From NCBI GenBank assembly GCA_029259175.1, contig JAPDJH010000001.1, forward strand, positions 185,783 through 249,782: a stretch of DNA of 64,000 nt, written 5' to 3'. Source of the stretch: Hadesarchaea archaeon. GTDB taxonomy: Archaea > Hadarchaeota > Hadarchaeia > Hadarchaeales > Hadarchaeaceae. The position numbers and the translations under genes were made by a program. A model generated the notes under the pieces. The model worked only from the letters and a program-made list of their open reading frames with translations, was not told the DNA's origin and made no database searches. Each line of letters begins with the position of its first letter. Position 1 is the first letter of the stretch. This document shows, piece after piece, positions 20,694-30,002 of the stretch.

Positions 20694-20725
20694 AACCTAA
20701 CTTATATAAATTTATAAGTTGGGTT
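20694..20725. promoter_or_regulatory. Inverted-repeat operator overlapping the TATA box of the AbiE-like pair
   Basis: AACCTAACTTATA-N6-TATAAGTTGGGTT (13-bp arms, 1 mismatch), ending 14 bp before the ATG. Confidence 0.7.
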
Positions 20726-20739
20726 AATCAACGAGGAAG

Positions 20740-21390
20740 ATGGAGAAAAAAAAGATACCGCTCCACTTGAAAATCAGGCGTCGGTTCCACCGCGAGATCG
20801 CCTGGGCCCAAGATGTCATAGTAGAAGTGCTTTACTCCGTCTTCCCGCGGGCGGTTCTACACGGTGGAACAGCCATATGGCGGTGCTACGGCGGAAACCG
20901 GTTTTCGGAGGACCTAGACGTGTACCTCGAGAAAAGAATTGAAAAAGTAAACCAACTCTTCGACGAAATCAAGAGAAGAGGATTCGAGATTCAAAAGCGT
21001 AGGGTGAAGGAAAGCTCCCTGTTCTCCACGCTCCAGTTGGGAGGTGCTCGAGTTAGGCTCGAGGGGCTTTTTAAACGGGTGGGCGGGGTGCTACGCGAGT
21101 ACGAAACGTGTGAAGGAAATCTGCTCACGGTTTATGCGCTGAGCCCCGAGAAGTTGCTTGAGGAGAAAGTGGAGGCATACCTAGCAAGATACAAAGTCCG
21201 CGACCTATACGACGCCTTTTTCCTGCTGAGGCTCGTGGAGAAATCGAAAAACACCGTTTCAGCAGTTTCGAAGATGATCAAAGGTTTCCGGACGCCCGTG
21301 GATGAAAAGGAGCTCAAAACGGTGGTGCTTTACGGAGCCGTCCCGAGTGCTCGGGAGATGTTTGAATACATGAAGAGGTGGGTCAAGTGA
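20740..21390 (+). CDS. AbiEii-like nucleotidyltransferase toxin (type IV TA)
   Basis: LHGGTAI...RFSEDLD...EK...RDLYD motifs. Confidence 0.9.
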   Translation: MEKKKIPLHLKIRRRFHREIAWAQDVIVEVLYSVFPRAVLHGGTAIWRCYGGNRFSEDLDVYLEKRIEKVNQLFDEIKRRGFEIQKRRVKESSLFSTLQLGGARVRLEGLFKRVGGVLREYETCEGNLLTVYALSPEKLLEEKVEAYLARYKVRDLYDAFFLLRLVEKSKNTVSAVSKMIKGFRTPVDEKELKTVVLYGAVPSAREMFEYMKRWVK

Positions 21391-21977
21391 AGGGGGAAAC
21401 CATCCGGCGAGTCAGGGAGCTATTACGGGAATCCCCGGTGGTTCACATTGCGTCTGTTTCACGGCTGGTGAAGAGCACAGGATATGCCTATCTGCTGATG
21501 AACTACCTCGTAAAACGGGGGGAAGCGAGACGGATCACGCGGGGGTTTTACACCATCCATGAAGATCCGGCTTTGCTCGTATACTGTCTGAAGCCCGCGT
21601 ACTTGGGTCTCCAAGACGCGATGAGTGTGCACGGCCTCTGGGAACAGGAAACGGTTCCAGTAGTGATCACGTGTCGCAAGGTCAGGAGCGGGCTGAGAAC
21701 CGTGATGGGGCAGAACGTGGTGATCAGGCGGATTTCGAAGCGATACTTTTTCGGGTATGACTATGTGGAGCGAGGAGGGTTTCACCTTCCGGTGAGTGAT
21801 GTGGAAAAGACGCTCATCGACCTCGTGCACTTCGGGGAGATGAGGCCAGAACTGGCGGAGGAGTTCCGGGTGCGGGTAAACCGCGAGAGGCTCCGGACCT
21901 ACCTGTGCGCGTATCCAGAGCGGGTGAAGCGGGAGGTCTGGAGACTGCTGAGTGGCCGCATGGAGAGTCAGACCTAA
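21387..21977 (+). CDS. AbiEi-like antitoxin/regulator
   Basis: N-terminal wHTH RITRGFY, AYLGLQDAMSVHGLWEQ, YFFGY, SDVEKTLID; overlaps the toxin stop. Confidence 0.85.
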   Translation: MKGETIRRVRELLRESPVVHIASVSRLVKSTGYAYLLMNYLVKRGEARRITRGFYTIHEDPALLVYCLKPAYLGLQDAMSVHGLWEQETVPVVITCRKVRSGLRTVMGQNVVIRRISKRYFFGYDYVERGGFHLPVSDVEKTLIDLVHFGEMRPELAEEFRVRVNRERLRTYLCAYPERVKREVWRLLSGRMESQT

Positions 21978-22354
21978 GGGGAGTTCATCTGGGCATTTCG
22001 TTCACATCTAGCGCCTTATCTAACCACATTAGAGGAGGTTCCGTGTAGGGGGAAACTTTATGGGAAAATTTTCCCCCTGTGTGGGCACGAACCAGAATTC
22101 TCTTGGTGCCTCGGAGGTTTTTATGTCCCCCACACAGATCGCCCACCTGCGAGGCGCACGGTTCTCTCACTAAAGCGGTGGTTCAGCAGGGAACAGGAGA
22201 AATCGGTTGTCTCAGCTCACCTCTCGTTTCTTGTTTCCGCGTATTAGCATGATGTGATGTGGTATGTTTACAAATGCACCTGCATAACGTGAAAGTCCGA
22301 GATTTGGCAACCCGGAATCGCTGATGGGGAGGTAAACAGGAAGCCAGGGCATGC

Positions 22355-22470
22355 TTGAAGCGGTTTTTCCGAAAACGCTTCCTACTCTACCGGCTGTTTC
22401 CGAGCACCCATGAAAACCTCATCGTGCGCGGCCCGCGGCAGGTCGGGAAAACCGAGTTCTCTGCAAGTCC
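22355..22470 (+). pseudogene. N-terminal fragment of an AAA_14/COG1373-type ATPase
   Basis: LIVRGPRQVGKT Walker A typical of this family; similarity ends immediately after it. Confidence 0.55.
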
Positions 22471-22526
22471 ATTCCGAGCTTCCTGCTCGTGCTTCGAGTG
22501 CCAGACAAGCTCTCACTTGGAAAAAT

Positions 22527-23417
22527 CTACGCTCTAATGCTAAAGAAACCCATGCCGAACGAGGCTTTCGCGCCCGCTCCCAGCACCTCGCCCACGCGCA
22601 GCAGCCAGCGCGCGCTCTCATCCAGCTCGTCGAACTCGTAGCGGGCGATCCCCGTCCACGCCCAGAACTCACGGCGTCCCGAGCGCTTGGAATAGCCAAC
22701 GAGACGGTGGCGGTGGCGGGCCACGGGTTCGACCGTTCCGCTGCACGAGAACCCGGGCACGCTCTCACCGGTGCCGTACTCGTTGACATAGAGAACCAGA
22801 CGACGGCGGATCATGCGGAGAAGGTGCTCTGGCTTCGGTGGAAACTCGCGAGGGCAGTCGATGGGGGTGCGGAACCCGATTTCGAACTCGCTCCCGCGAA
22901 CGGGTGTGAGTTTTCTCATATCCACTGGCTCGAGGTTGCCCGGGTAGATGGTGCCGCCGTCGAATACTGGTTTGCCCGAGTGCTCACACACGGCGCGCTC
23001 TACCTCGAAGCGGTTTTTGCCGTGGTAGCGGGCCTCGCCCAAGCCGTGCGAGCCGAACTGTTGCAGAGCCAAGAGCACGTGGGGGAGATTGCGAAGGAAA
23101 TTGCCGAACATCAGCAGTTTGAGTTCAAGCTGACCTTCGCGTTCAAAGGTGAGGGGCTTGCCGAAGAAAGGAGGAACCATGATAATCGGTCTAGGTGGTG
23201 CCGAGCGCCCGCGCTTCGCGTACGGACGCTCATAGGTCTGATAGTACAGGCACTCCGCCGCGCGTTCACAGTCGGCGCACTCGTGCATCGGACGGAAGCA
23301 CACGATGCGGCGGAGGTGTTGACCCAAGCCACCCCGAAAGGCCGAACCGAGCCAGCGCGGAAGTTCGGCCTCGCCGAAGCGCAGGGTGAGCTGGAGGCTG
23401 GCGAGCTGGAGCACCAA
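22527..23417 (-). CDS. cas6: CRISPR-associated endoribonuclease Cas6
   Basis: GSAFRGGLG, CxxC..CLY, FRTP, C-terminal Gly loop GAGAKASFGMG; AGGAGG RBS before TTG/GTG at 23417/23414. Confidence 0.9.
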   Translation of the reverse strand: MVLQLASLQLTLRFGEAELPRWLGSAFRGGLGQHLRRIVCFRPMHECADCERAAECLYYQTYERPYAKRGRSAPPRPIIMVPPFFGKPLTFEREGQLELKLLMFGNFLRNLPHVLLALQQFGSHGLGEARYHGKNRFEVERAVCEHSGKPVFDGGTIYPGNLEPVDMRKLTPVRGSEFEIGFRTPIDCPREFPPKPEHLLRMIRRRLVLYVNEYGTGESVPGFSCSGTVEPVARHRHRLVGYSKRSGRREFWAWTGIARYEFDELDESARWLLRVGEVLGAGAKASFGMGFFSIRA

Positions 23418-23527
23418 GATAATCCTCCTAACAAAATTGTATTCAGAAAAATGGTTTAATCTTTCTAGCATACTTGTTTGTCGGGATAATTTTTTTAAGT
23501 TATTGGAAAGAAGAGGTTTTGATCTTA

Positions 23528-23863
23528 ATGGAAAAAGAAAAATTCACCATTGATAAAGTTTATAGCTGGGCCTATGCGACGGCCTCAACAATCCTTGAAA
23601 AAAGAAAAGAAGATGGTACCGAACTCATAAGAAGACTTGTTTTCGCGATACGAGGAGAAGAAACTCCGGGACGTTTTTTGGACAAGCTTGCAACCACACT
23701 CATAGAATATCGAACCAACAGGGCCTATGAATTACCTGTAAGTATTCCGAAGTTCTTAACAACAACAAGTCTCATAGGAGATATCTTTCACTATGTTCGA
23801 GCAGCAATTTTAGCTGGTTTACTTGATGCTATGGCCTCGAGACAAGGAGGGAAAGCAACGTGA
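23528..23863 (+). CDS. Type I Cascade small subunit (Cas11/Csa5-like)
   Basis: 111-aa all-helical protein first in the effector operon, overlapping the cas7 start; assignment mostly positional. Confidence 0.6.
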   Translation: MEKEKFTIDKVYSWAYATASTILEKRKEDGTELIRRLVFAIRGEETPGRFLDKLATTLIEYRTNRAYELPVSIPKFLTTTSLIGDIFHYVRAAILAGLLDAMASRQGGKAT

Positions 23864-24762
23864 CCAAGGTTGCGCAAATCTCTGTGCTTACAAAAATAGC
23901 TGGAAATGTGAACGCCGATGAGGTAATTGGACAAAGGATAACGCTCAAGAAGTTTTACACTTCAGAAGGAGGAATAAGACCATTTGTTTCCGCAAGAGCG
24001 ATTAAGTTTGCAATAAGACAATGTCTCAAAGAAGAGTATAACTTTAACATCGATCCTTTCCAGTCTGTTAAAGGTCGTCTTCTCGATAAAGGAGATCCAA
24101 GGCAATATGTAGATGACGATCTTTTTGGATTTATGGTTGCAGAAACCCGCGAAGAGCTTGCCAGAAGAAGACAGGCCCCAGTTGCTCTCTCATATCTGAG
24201 AGCACTACGCGACACAGCCATTAAAGCGGAATTTGCGTTGAGAGCACCAAGACCGGGCGGTGCTGAGGGTAATCCGCTTCCATTCGAAGTTGAAGTAGCT
24301 GAATGGATAGGAAGAGTTGACTGCTTAATTTATGATTATATTGGAAAATGGCAAGGAACAGAGAAAGAAGGTGTGAAAGCTGGTGAGAAATTTATCAGTG
24401 ACGCAGAGAGAAAAAACAGATTGAAAGCTTTTCTCGAAATATTTATGACTCCAAAATTTGTCTTAGCTAGAAGAACAAACTCTTTAGTAATTCCAGAACA
24501 CCTCGTAGCTTTGGTGACTCTCTCAGAAAAGGGCCCCTGGCCGATATACCAGTATCTCGATTACGAAATGGAAGCTGGTAAATTGAAGGTAAATGTAGAC
24601 ATGTTGTCCAAGCTACAAAGCAGAAAATTCGCCATTCGCGAAATAAAGCTCGTTGATTATGTTGGAGTAGTTCCGAGAGAATGTCCAATAAAGTCGATTC
24701 CTGCCGAACAACTTCCTAATGTTGTAAAAGAAATTTCGGACTTCATAGTTAAGAGTGAGTAA
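23860..24762 (+). CDS. cas7: Type I Cas7 (Cst2/DevR/Csa2-like)
   Basis: NVNAD...TLKK, PFVSARAIK, DDDLFGFM, RRQAPV. Confidence 0.9.
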   Translation: MTKVAQISVLTKIAGNVNADEVIGQRITLKKFYTSEGGIRPFVSARAIKFAIRQCLKEEYNFNIDPFQSVKGRLLDKGDPRQYVDDDLFGFMVAETREELARRRQAPVALSYLRALRDTAIKAEFALRAPRPGGAEGNPLPFEVEVAEWIGRVDCLIYDYIGKWQGTEKEGVKAGEKFISDAERKNRLKAFLEIFMTPKFVLARRTNSLVIPEHLVALVTLSEKGPWPIYQYLDYEMEAGKLKVNVDMLSKLQSRKFAIREIKLVDYVGVVPRECPIKSIPAEQLPNVVKEISDFIVKSE

Positions 24763-24764
24763 AA

Positions 24765-25442
24765 ATGTATGCTCTGCTTGCCGAGGTCTCTTTCTGCGAA
24801 GCTCATTTTAGGGAACATTTCACAGAAGTTAATCCCTTAACATACCCAGCGATGTTACCAACAACTGTCGCTGGATTGTTTGGCGCGATGCTAGGTTGGG
24901 ATAGAAAAGAGGCTGAAAAAAAAGCGAAAGATTTTCTATTCGGATCTAAACTAATTGAACTAAAGGGGATTACTCACGAATTGGCTAGAATAACCCAATA
25001 CAAAGCGGGAAAACCGAAAATTCCGTCCCCCCTTGTTAAAGTAGAACTCTTGGTAGAACCCAAATTCTTGATAGCTATGGCTGGGAAAAAAGAAAGGATT
25101 TTGGAATGTGCCCAGCAACTAAAAAATGGGATGAGATACCTCCCATATGGAGGGAGAAACGAACACTTCCTTAGAGATATTGCGACTAATGACGTGTTGC
25201 AAGAGGTTACGCGAGGAAAAATCATAGAAAATTATGCTCCTATTGATTGGGTAGAAGAAGTGAAAGTTAAAGAAAGTAGGGGATGGGTTCGAACCCACAG
25301 AGTATTTCACAAAATCAATAGAGCCTCTGAATGGTTTGTATTTGGCTACTTATGTACTATACACCTGAAGAACACGGTGCCACAGGTTGAAAGAATCGGT
25401 CTTTACTCACTAAATAATTTTTACTGGCATATGAAAGTATGA
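24765..25442 (+). CDS. cas5: Type I Cas5
   Basis: AHFR...LTYPAMLPTTVAGLFGAMLGW; PYGGRNE. Confidence 0.9.
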   Translation: MYALLAEVSFCEAHFREHFTEVNPLTYPAMLPTTVAGLFGAMLGWDRKEAEKKAKDFLFGSKLIELKGITHELARITQYKAGKPKIPSPLVKVELLVEPKFLIAMAGKKERILECAQQLKNGMRYLPYGGRNEHFLRDIATNDVLQEVTRGKIIENYAPIDWVEEVKVKESRGWVRTHRVFHKINRASEWFVFGYLCTIHLKNTVPQVERIGLYSLNNFYWHMKV

Positions 25443-27574
25443 TGCCCGAAGAATACGATGCTGCCATTATTGGACTAAAGAAGATATTTGAAAGAGAAAG
25501 AAAGCCCCTTTCCGAATGTCGTACGCATGACAGGCACTCAGTTTATGAACACAGCAAAGAAACCGAAGAAATTTTCAAAGAACTTGTTAGAAGATTTGAT
25601 CTCCACCGCAAATATCTCGTGCTTTTGGGCACATTCATAAGTCTTTTTCATGACATCGGGAAACCTAAGGGAAAATATCACGCGAAAAAAGCCGTAGAAA
25701 AATTACTGGAGCAGAAAGAACACTTCTGCATGCTGGATCTTTACACTTTTTATCTTGGAACATATTTGATTCGATGCCATCACGGAAGTCTCAGAAAACC
25801 TCATGAGCTTCAGCTTCCAAGTCCCCTCGATAGACTCAATATGCAAAATCTGTTAGAAAAAATTAAAGAAAAACACGGTGTTGACCATCTCGAAATTGCC
25901 GATGTGTTTGGAGTTTTTAAGTTAGCCGATGCACTTTCTGCTTCCGGAGAAAAATATGATAGATTCATTCGAAGTTTGAAATTGGATCCTCATATTATCC
26001 AAAAAATAATAGTTGCAAAGGATGGCACAAGTTTGGACTCCGAAAGATGGAAACAACAGTTGAATCTATCACGCCTTCCATCCCTCGCTATGCTAAGAGC
26101 ACCGACAGGTTGGGGTAAAACTACGGCTTCCCTTCTTTTTTTCAGCAACGCAAACATAAAACGTCTATTTATTCTCCTTCCTACAACCACAGCGATACGA
26201 AAGTTCCACGATCGGCTGGAGAAAGTTTTTGGGAAAGGGAATGTGGGAAGATATTATCACCTATATCTCGCAGAAGTAGGTGAAGAAGAAGATTCGCTTA
26301 AGTCTTATTATTTCGTGAAGAGATTTCTTTCTCCCATTATGATAACGACAATAGATCAATGGCTTCTCACCTTCTTGCAAGTGGGCTCATATCATGTAAA
26401 ACGTCCAGCTTTCCGATGTGCAGGAATGGTTTTTGATGAAATCCACGTTCTTTCTCCAATTGGGTTGATGCTTGTTTCGGCATTGCTTAAAAAATTTGCC
26501 GATAGATACAAGATGCGTTGCCTATTTATGTCAGCTACTTTTCCTAAGGCATACCGCGATTTTTTGTCCGAAACTATTTCTCCATATTTTGAAGATCATT
26601 TGGGCGAGTACTCGAAGCTGAGACGAGTCCTTTATGAGTTAACAAACGAATCTCCTGAGGCTCTGCTGGATCTAGTCAAAGAGCAGATGTCCAAGGAAAA
26701 AAAAGTACTAGTCGTTGTGAACACTGTACCAAGAGCTATCCAAATAGCCAAAAAACTGGAGAAGGAGTTAGATAGCAATGATGTAATACTGTTGCACGCA
26801 AGATACACGTATGACGATCGATTACATTGGGAAAGACAGATAAATGGGAGACTCAAAAATAATCGACCGCATGTGCTCGTTTCCACCCAAGTTTGCCAAG
26901 TCTCGCTGGATGTTTCTTACGATTTTTTAATCACGGAAATAGCTCCTTTCGGCGATATAATACAAAGATTCGGCCGTATCAACAGGAGAAGTAAAAAAAC
27001 TTACGCTAAAAATGCATGTATCACATTAAACACTATGCGAGAACCTTTTCCATACACAAAATCGGAGCTAGAGACTTCTCGTAGCATACTGGAAAAATTT
27101 GAAGACGACAAGTTAACCAACGAAAAGGAATTAATAAATGAGCTCGATCAGATGTTCGATAAAGATCAATTTTATGGTATAGGGAGGGATATCCTCAACG
27201 GCGAAGACCCAGAGAGCTGGTTCAAAGATTTGGAAGATTTTTTAAAAACTCAAGAGTTTTTTTCATTGGGCTTACAAAGCCCAGTTGAGAAGATTTTCAG
27301 GTTGTTAGGCTCCAGAGAGGAGTTTACTTTTTTATCTTTGCCAAGTCCGGAAATCTGCGCAGACACAAACGTTCAAGCAGAAATCACAAAGATACTTGAG
27401 AAAATATCTGAAAAAAAGGAAAAATTTGAAGAAAGGGCGGAATGTCTCTCTCGCCTGATGAAGTTTTTAGTTCCGGTTCCAAACACGTACTTAGATTATA
27501 AAAAGTCAGTTATGGGTTTTCCGCAAATAGCAAAAGGAAAATATACTTCAAGATATGGACTTGAATTGCGGTGA
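25439..27574 (+). CDS. cas3: Cas3 (HD nuclease fused to SF2 helicase)
   Basis: HS, FHDIGK, CHHG, ADALSAS; APTGWGKT, DEIH, SAT, LLHARY, QRFGRINR. Confidence 0.95.
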   Translation: MMPEEYDAAIIGLKKIFERERKPLSECRTHDRHSVYEHSKETEEIFKELVRRFDLHRKYLVLLGTFISLFHDIGKPKGKYHAKKAVEKLLEQKEHFCMLDLYTFYLGTYLIRCHHGSLRKPHELQLPSPLDRLNMQNLLEKIKEKHGVDHLEIADVFGVFKLADALSASGEKYDRFIRSLKLDPHIIQKIIVAKDGTSLDSERWKQQLNLSRLPSLAMLRAPTGWGKTTASLLFFSNANIKRLFILLPTTTAIRKFHDRLEKVFGKGNVGRYYHLYLAEVGEEEDSLKSYYFVKRFLSPIMITTIDQWLLTFLQVGSYHVKRPAFRCAGMVFDEIHVLSPIGLMLVSALLKKFADRYKMRCLFMSATFPKAYRDFLSETISPYFEDHLGEYSKLRRVLYELTNESPEALLDLVKEQMSKEKKVLVVVNTVPRAIQIAKKLEKELDSNDVILLHARYTYDDRLHWERQINGRLKNNRPHVLVSTQVCQVSLDVSYDFLITEIAPFGDIIQRFGRINRRSKKTYAKNACITLNTMREPFPYTKSELETSRSILEKFEDDKLTNEKELINELDQMFDKDQFYGIGRDILNGEDPESWFKDLEDFLKTQEFFSLGLQSPVEKIFRLLGSREEFTFLSLPSPEICADTNVQAEITKILEKISEKKEKFEERAECLSRLMKFLVPVPNTYLDYKKSVMGFPQIAKGKYTSRYGLELR

Positions 27575-28529
27575 GAGAATTCCATTAGATCTTTCGAAAC
27601 TGTTACAAAACCCAGATGACAGACGCATGGTTCGATCAATTCTCCTTAAGTTAACATCACAGTTTGTCCAGCCGGGGAAAGCTAGGGAACTTAGAACAAT
27701 TGTTCAGCAAAGTACTCAAAACTTAAAAGTAGCGATTGAAAATTTTTCCCAATATTTCGAGGAGAGGGGCTACTCAGCTTCGATTGTCCCCACCATGCTT
27801 TCTTCTTCTGAAGCAAGCAACTTCCGCATATTTCGCCCTAAGCTTTCAGCAAATGAAGTTGTGCAGTTATGGTTATCGACCCTTTCAGGTATTCAGCACG
27901 GAAATTTTGTCATCAGTTTAGAGAACGTTGATGAAAGCACTTATCTACACTTTCGCAACAGACTGCGTCAAAGTGGGGTAATATTAGACCCAAAAAGCTC
28001 GGGAGGTTCATATAGACTGAACGAAAGAGAACTTCGACGTTCTTACGGCGGATCACTTCCATTACAAGAAGCATCCATCCTAGGTTTTGCATTTCTCAAT
28101 TACCTCGCTTACTTTGAGAAAAAGGGAAGAGGAAAACTTGAAGATATCTTTGACGCTTGGAAACTCAACGATACATCAATGTTAATAATTTCGTACTTGC
28201 CACCAAGGGGCGAAAAAGGCGAGATTAGGATATACTCAAAACTACACATCTTCTTCACAAAATGGTACACTAAGTATTTTGAAAAGGAAGACGAAATCCC
28301 GTACTTGGGTTCATTTATTTCCTCACTCTACATCCCGGATCCAAACTATCGAAACATTTCAAGGTCACTTCTTGATAAATTTGTTCACTATCTGCTTCAT
28401 GGAAACATAAACGGAGAACTTCTAGACAAGATTGTGACATTAAAGATCACGGCATCTTTAAGCAAAAAGCTCAATAGTATGGTAAACTCGTTCTCACAAG
28501 CAAAGAAATTTTTCAGCAACTGTCCTTAA
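27555..28529 (+). CDS. Probable Cas8-like large subunit (short, 324 aa)
   Basis: Last gene of the effector operon, overlaps cas3, same AT-rich composition; no other Cas8 candidate; no diagnostic motif recognised. Confidence 0.5.
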   Translation: MDLNCGERIPLDLSKLLQNPDDRRMVRSILLKLTSQFVQPGKARELRTIVQQSTQNLKVAIENFSQYFEERGYSASIVPTMLSSSEASNFRIFRPKLSANEVVQLWLSTLSGIQHGNFVISLENVDESTYLHFRNRLRQSGVILDPKSSGGSYRLNERELRRSYGGSLPLQEASILGFAFLNYLAYFEKKGRGKLEDIFDAWKLNDTSMLIISYLPPRGEKGEIRIYSKLHIFFTKWYTKYFEKEDEIPYLGSFISSLYIPDPNYRNISRSLLDKFVHYLLHGNINGELLDKIVTLKITASLSKKLNSMVNSFSQAKKFFSNCP

Positions 28530-28549
28530 AGTAACAGATTGAAAATTTC

Positions 28550-29908
28550 CTTTCAATCCTCACTTTTCGAGGCTTGCTATTGAAACCCCTTCAAAATTAT
28601 TGAAAAGTTGTATTACAAACGGTTCTTTCAATCCTCACTTTTCGAGGCTTGCTATTGAAACAAAAGAGGGAGGAGTGGTTTGGGGGATGAGAATGGGCTT
28701 TCAATCCTCACTTTTCGAGGCTTGCTATTGAAACATCGACCTGAAAATTGTCGTTCCAAAACAGAACTTTCAATCCTCACTTTTCGAGGCTTGCTATTGA
28801 AACCCATAAAGCGCAAGGGGGCCCTCACCCGCCAGCTGCACCTTTCAATCCTCACTTTTCGAGGCTTGCTATTGAAACGGTACTTGGGCACGGTTCCGGC
28901 GCGCGCGGCCAAGCGGGCTTTCAATCCTCACTTTTCGAGGCTTGCTATTGAAACCTGTGGAACGCCGACTACTGCCAGCTCGCCCAAGTGGCTTTCAATC
29001 CTCACTTTTCGAGGCTTGCTATTGAAACCGTAAAAACCAAACACCCCGATGTTCCGATAACGGTCTTTCAATCCTCACTTTTCGAGGCTTGCTATTGAAA
29101 CAGGACGGGCAAAGAGGTTTACGGTATTCGGGTGGTCTTTCAATCCTCACTTTTCGAGGCTTGCTATTGAAACGCCAGTTGAACTTCCCTTCATAGCAAC
29201 CCGTCCTCGCCTTTCAATCCTCACTTTTCGAGGCTTGCTATTGAAACACAACGGCCCCGAGGAAATAGCCGTACATAAGGGGGACTTTCAATCCTCACTT
29301 TTCGAGGCTTGCTATTGAAACAGTGGATAGAGCCCGAGCCGAGCACGAGCGTAGGGAGCTTTCAATCCTCACTTTTCGAGGCTTGCTATTGAAACAACTT
29401 CTCTGCAGGATCGGGGGCGGGACCGGGGATCTTTCAATCCTCACTTTTCGAGGCTTGCTATTGAAACCTGGGATACGGCCCATTCAACAAAGGCGATGTG
29501 ATCTTTCAATCCTCACTTTTCGAGGCTTGCTATTGAAACGAGCGCGAGGCCCGAGCCGAAATCCGCCGCAGGGCCGCTTTCAATCCTCACTTTTCGAGGC
29601 TTGCTATTGAAACGCGGTTGGACTTCCCCGCCCCCTGAACCCCCCACAGGCCTTTCAATCCTCACTTTTCGAGGCTTGCTATTGAAACGCGCGGCGGACC
29701 GACGCTGGGGCGGACACCGAGTACCCTTTCAATCCTCACTTTTCGAGGCTTGCTATTGAAACAGCTGTGTGCCCTGACCCTAAAAAACATGGATCTCTTT
29801 CAATCCTCACTTTTCGAGGCTTGCTATTGAAACATGAGGCGGGTGAGCTTGGCCATGCGCGGCAAGGTTTTCTTTCAATCCTCACTTTTCGAGGCTTGCT
29901 ATTGAAAC
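28550..29908 (-). CRISPR. CRISPR array, 19 identical 37-bp repeats and 18 spacers (32-39 bp)
   Basis: Repeat on + is CTTTCAATCCTCACTTTTCGAGGCTTGCTATTGAAAC. On - it is GTTTCAATAGCAAGCCTCGAAAAGTGAGGATTGAAAG, with a CCTC/GAGG stem directly before the 8-nt ATTGAAAG handle, which supports minus-strand transcription. Confidence 0.99.
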
Positions 29909-30002
29909 CCCGGCGCGCGTCCAGCAAAATCTCGGCCACTCTGGAGAAAAACCTTTCGCCCCCGTGAACTTCGATTTTTGCTCCACTGATTTATAAAGAA
30001 GT
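29909..30002 (-). promoter_or_regulatory. Probable CRISPR leader
   Basis: Non-coding gap between the cas4 stop and the first repeat, with TTTATAAA near 29990; the other array end has only 20 bp before cas8. Confidence 0.6.

Noticed and set aside
22410-23459. 349-aa + strand ORF
   Set aside because: Antisense shadow of GC-rich cas6, with no motifs.
29834-29871. 13-nt identity (GGCCATGCGCGGC) between the leader-proximal spacer and pdxS near 55661
   Set aside because: Too short and the flanks do not match, so it is not evidence of self-targeting.
28652-29967. Several ORFs with repeating LSILTFRGLLLK or FNSKPRKVRIE peptides
   Set aside because: They are translations of the CRISPR repeats, not genes.
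29964-29990. Gapped similarity between the SR2 pseudo-spacer and the array leader (CCC-GTGAA...)
   Set aside because: Only the first 5 nt match without a gap.
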